IMG/VR virus record: IMGVR_UViG_3300035661_000010
Source of the DNA: a virus
Strand: one strand, 5' to 3'
Length of the DNA: 64,000 bases
The notes beneath the pieces were generated by a model that ran no database searches, had not been told where the DNA came from, and was given only the letters and a program-made list of their open reading frames with translations. Shown in pieces: positions 17,071 to 26,817 of this stretch. Position numbers and translations under genes: made by a program. Numbering within the stretch: position 1 is the stretch's first letter; every line of letters starts with the position of its first letter.

Positions 17071-19437
17071 ATGCCCAAAGTCTACGTCAGCGGCCTCGCT
17101 TGGCTGGACGTCAGCAGTTATGACTTGACGCGCATCGCGTCTGTCAAAGCTGCCTGCACGCTCAATCCACGAAGGACCAGCAAGCATCAGACAGAGAAAG
17201 ATCTCGAACCCATCGAGCTGTTTCAGCAGAGGGAGAGCCTGCTCGGAGTTCCGCGCGAGTACTTCATGAAGCACCGTACGATGGACCACGAACCGGTGTA
17301 CCGGGTAACCCCTGGTCGCAAGTGGGCGAAGCAGTACGCGAGCGCCTTCACTCTACGAGACGACCAGCCTGATGCGGTCGAAGCTGTCATGCTCAGAATG
17401 ACAGAGCCTTTTGGTGGAGCCGTGGTTCAGGCTCCAACCGGATGGGGGAAGTGTCTAGGGATTGGTACGCCGGTTCTCAGATACGACGGAAAGATTGTCT
17501 TGGTAGAGACGCTGAAGGTTGGCGATCTTCTGATGGGGCCAGACAGTAGGCCAAGGAAGATCTTGTCGACGTGCCGCGATCACGGACCGCTCTATCGGAT
17601 CGTTCCGACAAAGGGTGGAGATCCGTGGGTATGCAATGACGTCCATGTGCTGACGCTCGTTCACACGGAGGACGGCAGGATCGTTGATGTACCGCTCAAC
17701 GAGTACCTACGGAAAAGTGCGAACTGGAAGCGGGTCTACAAGCAGTTCGCACCAGAGAACGGTGTCGAATTTGTTCCGAGGAAAGATCCGGAGGTCGATC
17801 CGTACTTCCTTGGAGTCTGGTTCGGTGACGGCACCAAGAGCCTGAAGGCCGTGTCGGTGACGACCATGGATGCGGAGATCGTGCAGATGCTACGAGACGT
17901 AGCTGCGTCGTACCGACTCAAGGTTCGGAAGGAAGATAATGACGGCACCAAGTGCCCGACCTACTTTCTGACCCACAACGGTCGAGTAAAAAATGACTGG
18001 AACGAACTGCTGAAGAGGATGAGGCACATCCTTGGAAAGGATGTCCGGATCCCGGACTCGATCCGATTCGGATCGAAGAAGATGAGAAGCGAGTTCCTTG
18101 CTGGATTCATCGACTCCGATGGGCACAACAACGATGGCTGTTACGAGATTGCGCAGAAGAGAAAGGATTACGCAGAAGCCATCATGTTCATCGCAAGGTC
18201 TCTTGGGTTCTTTGCCCGAATGAGGCCGAAAGTTGTCAATGGAACGACGTACTGGAGGATTCATCTGCACGGAGACTTCAGAAAAATTCCGATTCGGATC
18301 CCAAGGAAGATCCATAGTGGCAAGCTCCGGCACGGAGTTGAAGGTGGAACCAGGAACAAGCTCGCAACGAGGACCGGCTTCACGGTCGAACCGTTGGACG
18401 ACGGAGAGTACTTCGGGTTCGAGCTGGACGGTGACGGACGGTTCCTGATGGGTAACTTCGTGGTTACTCACAACACCGTCTTCGCGGTCGAGGTAGCTCG
18501 GCGCCTCGGGGTGTTTACCGCGGTGCTTGTGGAGAAGGAGAAGCTCAGAGATCAGTGGATCGAGCGCATCAAGCAGCAGATCCCAGGGATCCGGGTTGGC
18601 ATCCTTCAAGAGAACAGATGTGACATGGACTCGGATGTCATCGTCTGCATGCTGGACTCGATGACAGGTCGCGAACACAAAGACCTGTACGAACAAGTTG
18701 GCTTCGTCATCGCTGACGAAGTGCATCACATGGGTGCTCGTACAAGAGCGCCGATCCTCGCGCGGTTCTCGGGTCCATGGAGACTCGGGCTCAGCGCAAA
18801 GCCAAGCCGCATCGACGGGTGCGAAAGGGCGTTCTACGACAACATCGGACCCAAGGCATACATCGCTAGTGTCCGCCGTCTCACCGCCCGCGTCTTCTTC
18901 AGGAAGACGTACTGGCGTCCGATTACGACACGAGACTTCAACCCGGAGAAGGTTAGCGACCAGACGCTTCTGAACATCATGTGCGCAAGCGTCCCACGCA
19001 ATGAGCTGATCGTCTCTGACTTGATCAAGGCCGTTATCGCTGGGCGCAAGGTCATCGTGTTCAGTGCGCGCAGGAAGCACCTGGACACGTTGCGAGACAT
19101 GTTTGCCAGGCAGAGGCCAGCAGGGAAGACGGACGGCTTCCTGAGGGGTGGCATGTCAAAGAAAGACCTTCAGCGCACCGATCGGTGTGATGTGCTCTGG
19201 GCCACGTACGAGTTCGCAAAGGAGGCGTACGACAACCCGGACATAGACACCGTGTTACTCGCCACGCCTGTTTCCGATCCAGAGCAGCCGGTCGGTCGTG
19301 GCACCAGGTGGAAGCCAGACAAGAAAGAACCGTACGTGCTCGATTACGTGGACAGCGGACCCACGATCTTCGAGAAGCGACACGACCGACGCAAGTCGGT
19401 CTACAAGGCGATCAAAGCATCCATCGGCAAAGACTGA
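17071..19437 (+). CDS. Superfamily 2 helicase (UvsW/XPB-like) containing an intein
   Basis: LRDDQ Q-motif, APTGWGK|T split by intein, DEVHH, GLSA, EQPVGRGTR. Confidence 0.9.
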   Translation: MPKVYVSGLAWLDVSSYDLTRIASVKAACTLNPRRTSKHQTEKDLEPIELFQQRESLLGVPREYFMKHRTMDHEPVYRVTPGRKWAKQYASAFTLRDDQPDAVEAVMLRMTEPFGGAVVQAPTGWGKCLGIGTPVLRYDGKIVLVETLKVGDLLMGPDSRPRKILSTCRDHGPLYRIVPTKGGDPWVCNDVHVLTLVHTEDGRIVDVPLNEYLRKSANWKRVYKQFAPENGVEFVPRKDPEVDPYFLGVWFGDGTKSLKAVSVTTMDAEIVQMLRDVAASYRLKVRKEDNDGTKCPTYFLTHNGRVKNDWNELLKRMRHILGKDVRIPDSIRFGSKKMRSEFLAGFIDSDGHNNDGCYEIAQKRKDYAEAIMFIARSLGFFARMRPKVVNGTTYWRIHLHGDFRKIPIRIPRKIHSGKLRHGVEGGTRNKLATRTGFTVEPLDDGEYFGFELDGDGRFLMGNFVVTHNTVFAVEVARRLGVFTAVLVEKEKLRDQWIERIKQQIPGIRVGILQENRCDMDSDVIVCMLDSMTGREHKDLYEQVGFVIADEVHHMGARTRAPILARFSGPWRLGLSAKPSRIDGCERAFYDNIGPKAYIASVRRLTARVFFRKTYWRPITTRDFNPEKVSDQTLLNIMCASVPRNELIVSDLIKAVIAGRKVIVFSARRKHLDTLRDMFARQRPAGKTDGFLRGGMSKKDLQRTDRCDVLWATYEFAKEAYDNPDIDTVLLATPVSDPEQPVGRGTRWKPDKKEPYVLDYVDSGPTIFEKRHDRRKSVYKAIKASIGKD
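17452..18474 (+). mobile_element. Intein with LAGLIDADG homing endonuclease (341 aa)
   Basis: Starts CLGIGTPV, block B CNDVHVL, YFLGVWFGDG and FLAGFIDSDG, ends VVTHN followed by Thr. Confidence 0.95.
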
Positions 19438-19452
19438 ACAAGGAGCCCGGAC

Positions 19453-20094
19453 ATGGCGACGACGAGAAAGAAAGCGACACCAGTTTCGCAATCAGAGCCG
19501 GAGGAGATGCCCATCGAGTCGAGAGACATGTTGCCTCGCAATCCGGATGGAAGGATCAACAACTGCGCAATCGCTTGCGTGACAATCGAGAGCGAGTGCC
19601 AGATGTGCAAGGGTATCTGCCCAGACAAGCAGAAGTTCGAATCGGGTGGAGCGTTTTCGACAACACCGATCATAGGTCGTCGGACCGAAGAGTCCGGGTC
19701 CGACATCGAAGCTGATGGTGAACGCGTCATCGTTCAAGAGCAAAGCGTCACGCAGGAGGTCGCCAACGGTGACGTGAAGCGCGGAACAGTCGTCGTGCGT
19801 AGTCAGCTCGACAAGCTGGATCCCACTTTCAGGTCACGAGAGATCGAGGTAGAGGCGTTCGTCACACAGCCCGCGATTGTCTCGAGATCGTTCGAGGCTG
19901 TCATTCTCGGGGTCGATGGATACCCTAGGGGCAAGACCAGCGTCTTCGTCTCATGGCCTTGCTATCGAGAAGAGTTCCAGGATGCGATGACTCTCGTGAG
20001 GAAGGTCGCGAAAGAGGAGCTACGCGTCGAGCTTGCCTCCGCCAAGGAGAAGCTCGACCGCGTTAAGTCGAAACCGAACAGCGGTCGCCTGTAG
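19453..20094 (+). CDS. Hypothetical protein
   Basis: AAGGAG RBS; N-terminal Cys cluster. Confidence 0.65.
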   Translation: MATTRKKATPVSQSEPEEMPIESRDMLPRNPDGRINNCAIACVTIESECQMCKGICPDKQKFESGGAFSTTPIIGRRTEESGSDIEADGERVIVQEQSVTQEVANGDVKRGTVVVRSQLDKLDPTFRSREIEVEAFVTQPAIVSRSFEAVILGVDGYPRGKTSVFVSWPCYREEFQDAMTLVRKVAKEELRVELASAKEKLDRVKSKPNSGRL

Positions 20095-20112
20095 GCGAAG
20101 GAGACAGACAAG

Positions 20113-21621
20113 ATGGCTTTGATTCCGAGGGCGGACAGTCAAGACGTAGAGAAGACAGCGGCAGACGCGGAGAAGAAGCGAAGACTCAACGAAGCTGTGC
20201 GAAAAGCGCAGGACGCCAAGGCGATCAAGAACCTTGCGGAACGCAAGAAGGGCGTCGACATCGTCGTCGACAAGATGCAGAAGGACTACGGGAAGGGTGC
20301 GCTCACGTTGATGAGCGATCACGCGCTCGACATCCCTCGCATCTCGACCGGCCTGCTCTCGATGGATGTGCACACGGGCGGAGGCGTACCGAAGGGCCGC
20401 ATCACCGAGTTCTTCGGACCCGAAGAGAGCGGAAAGACAACGCGCATGGCTGCCACCATCGCGCAAGCCCAGCGAACCTGCGTTCACTGCGGCAAGCGTG
20501 GGCGCTTCATAGTTTATGGCACGGTGAAGGTGCCGCTGCCTGGTGACATGAGCCTGGAGGTGCCGAACCACGTTCTCGTCGAATGTCCGTGCGGCAACCC
20601 GCGTCAGTTCATGGCTGCGCACTTCGACATCGAGGGTTCGTACGATCCAGTCTGGTTCATGGCCCAGGGCGTTTGGCTAGAGCACTGCTTCCTGTCTCGC
20701 CCCATCGTTCTCGAAGAAGCGGTGGACGTCGTGCAGGGCGTGCTCGAGTCCGGGAAGTTCGACATGGTGTCGTTCGACTCGGTGGCCCAGGGAACGTCGA
20801 AGCAAGAGGTGGAGAAGTCGGCGGCCGACGCCACCGTTGGCCTTGCGGCCCGTCTCTACAACAGCGCCATGCGTCGATGGCAGGTCATGCAGAACCAGAC
20901 CTATCGCCGCGCGTTCGACAAGGGTGACATGGTCGCCGTGAACTGCATTCCGACCATTCTGCTCATCAATCAGGTGCGCATGAAGGTCGGTGGCTACGGC
21001 AATCCTGAGACGACTCCAGGAGGAAACGGGATCCGCTTCTCTGCATCGCTTCGCATTCGATTCCAGGGTGCAGAGGCCGCAAAAGAGGGCGGAGGTGACG
21101 CAAGCAAGGGAATCAGCGTTGGCGAGAAGCAGACCGGCGGCTACCTGAAGACGCACGTGATGAAGTTCAAGATCGCGAAGTCGAAGGTCAGTCCGAAGGG
21201 CTACGGCGGCGAATACCTGCTCGTTCAGGAAGACACGCCATTCTACAGGCTCGGCGAGATCGACCAGTCCAACGATCTTGTCGAGTTCGGCCTCAAGTCT
21301 GGTGTCATCTACGGTGAGCCGAACTCGTATCGGATAGAGGGGGTCGTCGAAGACCCGAAGAACGTGTCGAAGAAGGAGTTGGACAAGCTCGAAGGCGTAC
21401 TCCCGCTGAAGCGATTCCGCGGCAAGAGTGAGATGGAGCTGTTCATGTCGGAGAATCGCGACGAGGCCCGACGCATCTACGATCTCATTGTCTTCAAGAT
21501 GACTGGCACGTCCTACGACGGAACGCTCGGCGGACCCGTCCCGTCGAACGTTGTGGAGGATGACGTCGAGTCTGATGGAGACGAAGACGAAGAGAAGGAC
21601 GAAGCGTCCGACGACGAGTAA
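20113..21621 (+). CDS. recA: RecA/UvsX recombinase with Cys4 insertion
   Basis: ISTGLLSMDVHTGGGVPKGRITEFFGPEESGKTT, FDSVA, VGLAARL, INQVRMKVG, ETTPGGNGIRFSASLRI, KSKVSP. Confidence 0.95.
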   Translation: MALIPRADSQDVEKTAADAEKKRRLNEAVRKAQDAKAIKNLAERKKGVDIVVDKMQKDYGKGALTLMSDHALDIPRISTGLLSMDVHTGGGVPKGRITEFFGPEESGKTTRMAATIAQAQRTCVHCGKRGRFIVYGTVKVPLPGDMSLEVPNHVLVECPCGNPRQFMAAHFDIEGSYDPVWFMAQGVWLEHCFLSRPIVLEEAVDVVQGVLESGKFDMVSFDSVAQGTSKQEVEKSAADATVGLAARLYNSAMRRWQVMQNQTYRRAFDKGDMVAVNCIPTILLINQVRMKVGGYGNPETTPGGNGIRFSASLRIRFQGAEAAKEGGGDASKGISVGEKQTGGYLKTHVMKFKIAKSKVSPKGYGGEYLLVQEDTPFYRLGEIDQSNDLVEFGLKSGVIYGEPNSYRIEGVVEDPKNVSKKELDKLEGVLPLKRFRGKSEMELFMSENRDEARRIYDLIVFKMTGTSYDGTLGGPVPSNVVEDDVESDGDEDEEKDEASDDE

Positions 21622-21631
21622 GGAGGTCGAC

Positions 21632-21958
21632 ATGGTCGATATAGAAAAGCAGAAGCCGAAGACGATAGACATTCGTCTCCTGTTTGTTGGTCGTGCAGAG
21701 CTTTCTGATGGAAAGCTCGGGCGGAAGTACTACCGAGTACCGGATGGCCGGAAGGATGCTCCGCGCCAGAGCTTCAACAACAACATGGTGTCCGTGTACT
21801 CGAAGCAGGTTGGTCGAAGACGGCCTGGAAATTACGTCATCGAGAGGCTGGAGCCGCTACGTAATGCGTACTGGAACCTCGAAGGCAGAGCCCGCGCCGC
21901 GTTTCTGGCACGCGTCGTTGCAAGCATCACCAGCCATTCGTCGTTGAAGAAGAAATGA
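21632..21958 (+). CDS. Hypothetical protein
   Basis: AAGGAGG RBS. Confidence 0.6.
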   Translation: MVDIEKQKPKTIDIRLLFVGRAELSDGKLGRKYYRVPDGRKDAPRQSFNNNMVSVYSKQVGRRRPGNYVIERLEPLRNAYWNLEGRARAAFLARVVASITSHSSLKKK

Positions 21959-22356
21959 AGTACGAGGTTAGATCGATCGCACTTCGTACCGACAAAGCTC
22001 CTAAGCTCCGCAAGCAAAAGAAGCGAGCCATGGCGATGGAGAAGAAAACGGCCGAGACGTTCGGCGGTCGGCGTCAGCCCAGGTCTGGAGGAGGTATGTT
22101 CAACAAGGGCGACGTGAAGTGCCCGAGCGTCCTCTTCGACGACAAGTACACCGATCAGAAGAGCTACTCGCTCACGCAGAAGGACGTCGCCAAGTTGTGC
22201 TCGGAGGCGATGCAGGAGAGAAACAGAAACCCAGCCTTCAAGATTCGGTTCGACAGTCCGATCGAAGGGATGGAGATGTTTCCAAAGGAGTGGGTCGTCA
22301 TCCCTGCCTCGTTCTTCAAGGAGCTGATGGCAGCATTCGAGAAGCGCGATGAGTGA
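21955..22356 (+). CDS. PD-(D/E)xK Holliday-junction resolvase-like endonuclease
   Basis: E..TAETFGGRRQPRSGG...KGDV...DDKYT pattern of Hjc-like phage resolvases. Confidence 0.7.
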   Translation: MKYEVRSIALRTDKAPKLRKQKKRAMAMEKKTAETFGGRRQPRSGGGMFNKGDVKCPSVLFDDKYTDQKSYSLTQKDVAKLCSEAMQERNRNPAFKIRFDSPIEGMEMFPKEWVVIPASFFKELMAAFEKRDE

Positions 22357-22777
22357 AGACGAGATCGAGTCGCTCATCGACAAGATCCTCGTCGAGTGGG
22401 ACAGGAAGTCGAAGCGCTGGGGTCGTGAGGTCGTTCATGGAACACTGATCGACGACGAGAAAGCACCAGGGGGATTCAGGGATCCGTTCGAAGAGCTGAA
22501 CGAGAAGCACCACGGGATCATCGACGAGTGGTTGAGGGCTGCCTGTATGGAGCTCACCAAGAAGAAGGTGGAGGATCCCATGTCGAGGATCTGCACCAGA
22601 ATGCTGAACACGAACAAGCCGCAGAACAGTCCAGGAGGAAACCTGGCCATGCACCTCATCACGGTGAGGGCCATGCGCAGCGTCCACTGGATGAAGCGGT
22701 TCAAGGAGAAGGACTGGGACTTCGAGATCGCGAAGACAGAGCTGATAGCTCGTGGAATCATGAAGAAGAGAGGGTAG
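22349..22777 (+). CDS. Hypothetical protein
   Basis: Overlapping operonic ORF. Confidence 0.6.
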   Translation: MSEDEIESLIDKILVEWDRKSKRWGREVVHGTLIDDEKAPGGFRDPFEELNEKHHGIIDEWLRAACMELTKKKVEDPMSRICTRMLNTNKPQNSPGGNLAMHLITVRAMRSVHWMKRFKEKDWDFEIAKTELIARGIMKKRG

Positions 22778-22782
22778 AGACG

Positions 22783-24387
22783 ATGAGTATGGGAATGGCC
22801 AACGAAGAGCAGATGGTGACGGTTTCACTTGGTGGCGAATCGCGCCGAGTGTCCAAGTCAAAGGCCATGGACGTCGCAGACGAGCTTCACAACAAGTACG
22901 GAGGCGCTCCGCAGATCGTGGAAGATGGCGTCCCTGATGCCGTGACCGATATCAACGACAATCCGTACATGAACGATCTGAAGAAGCAGATCGACGACGG
23001 GGGCAACAAGAGGACGCTCGTGGTAAAGAAACCGGTCGGAGCTGACCGAGACACCAGCGAAGGCGAGATGTCCTGGGAAGGCAAGCTGCGATCGCTCATG
23101 GACAAGGCGGCGGCCGAGGAGGCTGGGTTCGCACCGGCTCAGACGGTCTACGAGCGCGGCCGACTGGTGAAAAGTATCGGTGTCGAGAACGCAACGAGGG
23201 GCCGTGTCGAACACAAGAAGAAGCCAACGGTGAAGGAGTACTGCGAGAGCTTTATCAAGCAGATCGAGACCGAGGACCGAGAGGACATGATCGTCACCTC
23301 TACGGACCTCCGCATGCAACCCAATGGGATGATCTACTGCCCGAAGGACAAGAGCGTCGAGCTTGCCCTGGCCGCCCCGGCGTTCGGCAGCTTCCTCGCG
23401 CGGTCGAAGATCACCGGCGGCGACTACCTGAAGCGGTGTTGGCCAGAGCTTCGCGCTCACAACGTGAACGAGTGGCTGGCCTTCATGGAGGAGATGGGCG
23501 TTGTCGACGATGACGACGTCGAGCTCGGGCCCGTCGAGCTGAAGATGCGCACGCGCAAGAACGGCAACCTGATCGGAACGGACCGCGAGGTCTTCGGCGT
23601 GGTGAGTCCCGGCTACCAGGACTACGACGTCGACATCATTGCAGAGGCTCTCGCGAAGGCTGCTCCGAAGGACGCCCGCGGCACTGTCACGTACGACGGC
23701 TACCGAGCAAGGTTCGAGGTCATGTTTCATTCGAACGTGAAGCCAAAGGACTACGTCGCTGGAGAGTTCTTCAAGTCGGGCGTCATCATCGGAACGGACG
23801 ACACGGGCAAGGGCGGCATCATCGGCAACGCAGCCGTCTGGCAGAACCTCTGCTTGAACCTCATCGTCATCGACACGCAAGAGCAGAACCTCTTTCGCAT
23901 CAAGCATGTCGGCGATGTGGATGAGATCGCCGAGAAGTTCGAAGTCGGGTTCGTCGCATGCCTGAAGAAGATCGAGTACTTCATGACGGCATGGGGGTAC
24001 GCGGTACACGAGAAGCTCACCGACAGCGGCAAGGTCGTCGCCATCGACGAGGACCAGGAGATTCCGATCAAGCTTTCGGATCTCATGCCCGGCATCTTCA
24101 GCGGCATCATGGAGCGCGAGCTCGTTCCGGTGAGGGCTCGCAAGGAGGAGGCCGTCCCGAAGCTGATGCAGATGTGGGAGAAGGACACGTCCGCCGCCGC
24201 AGGGCCGACGCGAGCAGCCGTAGTGAACGCGTTCACCAGGTACGCTCACGAGGTCCAGCAGCCGACCCCGTGGCTAGAGGATGACATCCAGCGTGCCGCT
24301 GGCCAGCTGCTCTATGGAAAGAGGAAGTCGGACGGATCCAGAACGAGCCCGGCCCCGCTTCCGTTTGAAGAGTTCGTTCCAGCCTGA
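22783..24387 (+). CDS. DUF932-like phage/plasmid protein
   Basis: VFGVVSPGYQDYD, D.G.G, CLN, RIKH, AVVNAFTRYAH. Confidence 0.6.
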   Translation: MSMGMANEEQMVTVSLGGESRRVSKSKAMDVADELHNKYGGAPQIVEDGVPDAVTDINDNPYMNDLKKQIDDGGNKRTLVVKKPVGADRDTSEGEMSWEGKLRSLMDKAAAEEAGFAPAQTVYERGRLVKSIGVENATRGRVEHKKKPTVKEYCESFIKQIETEDREDMIVTSTDLRMQPNGMIYCPKDKSVELALAAPAFGSFLARSKITGGDYLKRCWPELRAHNVNEWLAFMEEMGVVDDDDVELGPVELKMRTRKNGNLIGTDREVFGVVSPGYQDYDVDIIAEALAKAAPKDARGTVTYDGYRARFEVMFHSNVKPKDYVAGEFFKSGVIIGTDDTGKGGIIGNAAVWQNLCLNLIVIDTQEQNLFRIKHVGDVDEIAEKFEVGFVACLKKIEYFMTAWGYAVHEKLTDSGKVVAIDEDQEIPIKLSDLMPGIFSGIMERELVPVRARKEEAVPKLMQMWEKDTSAAAGPTRAAVVNAFTRYAHEVQQPTPWLEDDIQRAAGQLLYGKRKSDGSRTSPAPLPFEEFVPA

Positions 24388-24395
24388 GGAGAGGC

Positions 24396-24740
24396 ATGTC
24401 TGAGATCACCAACTTTGGCGCAAGCATCGACCTCATGAAGTCAGTGGAGTCGTACGTGCTCGGAAGGCTGAGTTGGTGGTCTCGGGTGTTTTTCTGGATT
24501 GCTCGCCGACACCAGCGAATGGGTCGCGCCGCCGTCGAAGTGTGGATGACGGGTCGTACCAAGGAGAAGGTCGACGAGACGACTTTGAACGACCTGCACA
24601 ACGGGTACTGGCAAAAGTACCCATGGATGTCGTCGCTCTACCTCGCGCTGAGAGAGAGCGGCGCAATTGGACGCTCCGCCTCCGAAGATCCCTTGCGAGT
24701 GCACGGGACGAACGGTACGGTGCAGAACCTACGACGATAA
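24396..24740 (+). CDS. Hypothetical protein
   Basis: GAGGAG RBS. Confidence 0.55.
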   Translation: MSEITNFGASIDLMKSVESYVLGRLSWWSRVFFWIARRHQRMGRAAVEVWMTGRTKEKVDETTLNDLHNGYWQKYPWMSSLYLALRESGAIGRSASEDPLRVHGTNGTVQNLRR

Positions 24741-24758
24741 GCCAGGGCAGGTGACGAC

Positions 24759-25169
24759 GTGGACGTGTACTTCGACATGAAAAGCGGTGAGTTTGTCCTT
24801 GATCCGGACGAAGAGGACATCGCCAAGACGAACAGGGATCGGTTCGTTGTTCTGAACAGATCCGCTCGAGATCTGTGGCCGATCCTGCCAGGGCACATCG
24901 TCAAGGATGGCAGCACCTTCAATGGTCAGCCGTACACGCACCTGATTTCTGTGGACGACACGGAGGGTCATGTGACGTCGACATTGCCTCCAGAAGCTAC
25001 CCAGAAGGTGCTCTTGGCAGTGGCCACGCAAGCGCTTGCGGATTCGAAGGGCGAAGAGCATCGAGAAGACGAGGCTGCCAATCGGTTCACGGAGGAGACG
25101 GACGACTTCGTGATCGAGCCACGGCTGGACGATTACTCGTCCTACCCGGACGAGGACCCTGATGTCTGA
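24759..25169 (+). CDS. Hypothetical protein
   Basis: AGGTG RBS, acidic tail. Confidence 0.55.
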   Translation: MDVYFDMKSGEFVLDPDEEDIAKTNRDRFVVLNRSARDLWPILPGHIVKDGSTFNGQPYTHLISVDDTEGHVTSTLPPEATQKVLLAVATQALADSKGEEHREDEAANRFTEETDDFVIEPRLDDYSSYPDEDPDV

Positions 25170-26082
25170 TCTGCTCGATCTCTTGAACCCGTCTTCGGTC
25201 ATCATGACGGACGATGCCGGGGAAACGTTCGGCAAGCGCCTCTTCAAGTCGCTGAAAATGGAGAAGAAGGTCGAACCCATTACGGCGAAAGGATGGCTTC
25301 GAGGGAGCGCCATCGGTGACATGTGCGCCCGCGAGGAGGTCCTCGTTCATCGTCTCCAGAAGACGCGGATCAGGGAGGAGTCCGGCGGCGGAGCGATGGT
25401 CTACGGCATCGGTTCGAACTTTCATTCATGGGTGCAGAAGAACGCACACCCGTTTCTTGTGGGCACGTGGAAGTGCATGAACAGGATTCGGATGCCGGAT
25501 TGGCCGAAGGGCGCTTACCGATTCTGTGGCTACAGGACAGACTCTGACGAACACCCGCGCGTTCCTTTGCCCAAGACGGCGTGTCCACGCTGCCTGGGCG
25601 AAGACAAGTGGAAGTATATCGAGCGGATGTACGTCAACAGGGAGTACCGGGTACGCGGCCATCCTGACGGGTTTCGTCGGATCACGGATGATCCGGATGA
25701 CGACGAGATCCTGGAGTTCAAGACCCAGGCTGAGTGGGGATGGAAGACCAAGGTCGAACCGTTCGCCGCCTACATGAAACAGGTACAAGTCTACCTGTGG
25801 CTCACCGGACTGAAGAGAGCTCGCATCGTTCTTGTGAACAAGAACGGCGGCGGCGACAGCCCGAATGGATGGTTCAAGGAGCACGTGTACGGTCGGGACG
25901 AAAACGAGATCGAGATGATCAAGCGGAACGCGCGGAACGTCTGGAACGGCATCAGCGAGAACAAGCTTCCAGAGCGCGTCTGCTCCACGCGATCTTGCAA
26001 GAGAGCTGAAAACTGTCAGCTCATGAACCACTGTTTCGCAACGAATGAAGGTGTTGTCTATGGACACGCAGCAGAGTTCTGA
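25162..26082 (+). CDS. Cas4-like / RecB-family PD-(D/E)xK exonuclease
   Basis: N-terminal MCARE, G..FH, GHPDG, EFKT, QVQVY, C-terminal C....C.....C.....C; extra CxxC insert. Confidence 0.8.
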   Translation: MSDLLDLLNPSSVIMTDDAGETFGKRLFKSLKMEKKVEPITAKGWLRGSAIGDMCAREEVLVHRLQKTRIREESGGGAMVYGIGSNFHSWVQKNAHPFLVGTWKCMNRIRMPDWPKGAYRFCGYRTDSDEHPRVPLPKTACPRCLGEDKWKYIERMYVNREYRVRGHPDGFRRITDDPDDDEILEFKTQAEWGWKTKVEPFAAYMKQVQVYLWLTGLKRARIVLVNKNGGGDSPNGWFKEHVYGRDENEIEMIKRNARNVWNGISENKLPERVCSTRSCKRAENCQLMNHCFATNEGVVYGHAAEF

Positions 26083-26812
26083 GACCAAGCAGACGATCGA
26101 GGAGAAGTACCAGTTCATCTTGCCGATGACTGGCCGAGTGCTCGTCGAGCTGGAGAAGGTGGTGGCGGAGAAGAAGGTCGGGTCCGTATGGATCGTCGAC
26201 ACGACCGCCAAGAACCACAAGTACCGGAAGGGCGTCGTCGTCAGTGTGAGCAAGGACGGCGTTCTTTGCGTGGGCGGCAAGCTGAGCCCGCACCTTCTCA
26301 AGTCTGGCGATGCGGTGCTGGTGCTTCGAACCGCTGGCCGTGACGTCTCGGGAGGTGCTGGACTGAAGCCTGGCACGCTGTGTTCGATCTGGGAGAACTA
26401 CGTTCTTGCGATTGTGCAGAACGACGAAGGAGGAGAGAAGATCATGGAACTCAAGCCGATGTATGACCGCGTGGTGCTGAAGCGAATCGAGGGCAGTGAC
26501 AAGACGCCCGGCGGGATCTTCATTCCGTCTACGGCTCAGGAGAAGAGCGACAAGGGGGAGGTTATTGCAGTTGGAGAAGGCCGACTGATGCAAGACGGAA
26601 CGGTTCGCAAGATGGCCGTCGAGATCGGAGACCAGGTCTTGTTCAGCAAGTTCGCCGGCACCGAGGTGAAGATCAACGTTCCGAAGAAGGTGCAGGTCGG
26701 CAAGGACTCGAACGACGCACCGATCTACGAGGATCGCGTGGGCGAGGAGGAGCGCGTTATCGTCAAGGAGGACGACATTCTGGCCGTCATGCCCAAGGCC
26801 AAGGTCTCGTAG
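26045..26812 (+). CDS. groES: Co-chaperonin with two tandem GroES domains
   Basis: Domain 1 LPMTGRVLV...GVVVSVS..G...GDAVL...ENYVLAIV; domain 2 LKPMYDRVV...TPGGIFIP...GEVIAVGEG...GDQVLFSKFAGTEV...EDDILAV. Confidence 0.88.
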   Translation: MKVLSMDTQQSSETKQTIEEKYQFILPMTGRVLVELEKVVAEKKVGSVWIVDTTAKNHKYRKGVVVSVSKDGVLCVGGKLSPHLLKSGDAVLVLRTAGRDVSGGAGLKPGTLCSIWENYVLAIVQNDEGGEKIMELKPMYDRVVLKRIEGSDKTPGGIFIPSTAQEKSDKGEVIAVGEGRLMQDGTVRKMAVEIGDQVLFSKFAGTEVKINVPKKVQVGKDSNDAPIYEDRVGEEERVIVKEDDILAVMPKAKVS

Positions 26813-26817
26813 CAGTC

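Noticed and set aside
22858-24249. Long minus-strand ORFs (also 17890-19080, 20677-21672, 25426-26376, 33651-34484, 52642-53826)
   Set aside because: Each shadows well-supported + strand genes; GC-rich codon bias suppresses antisense stops and the translations have no recognisable motifs
25162-26082. CRISPR-Cas locus
   Set aside because: The Cas4-like gene is solo; no repeat-spacer array, cas1 or cas2 anywhere in the window
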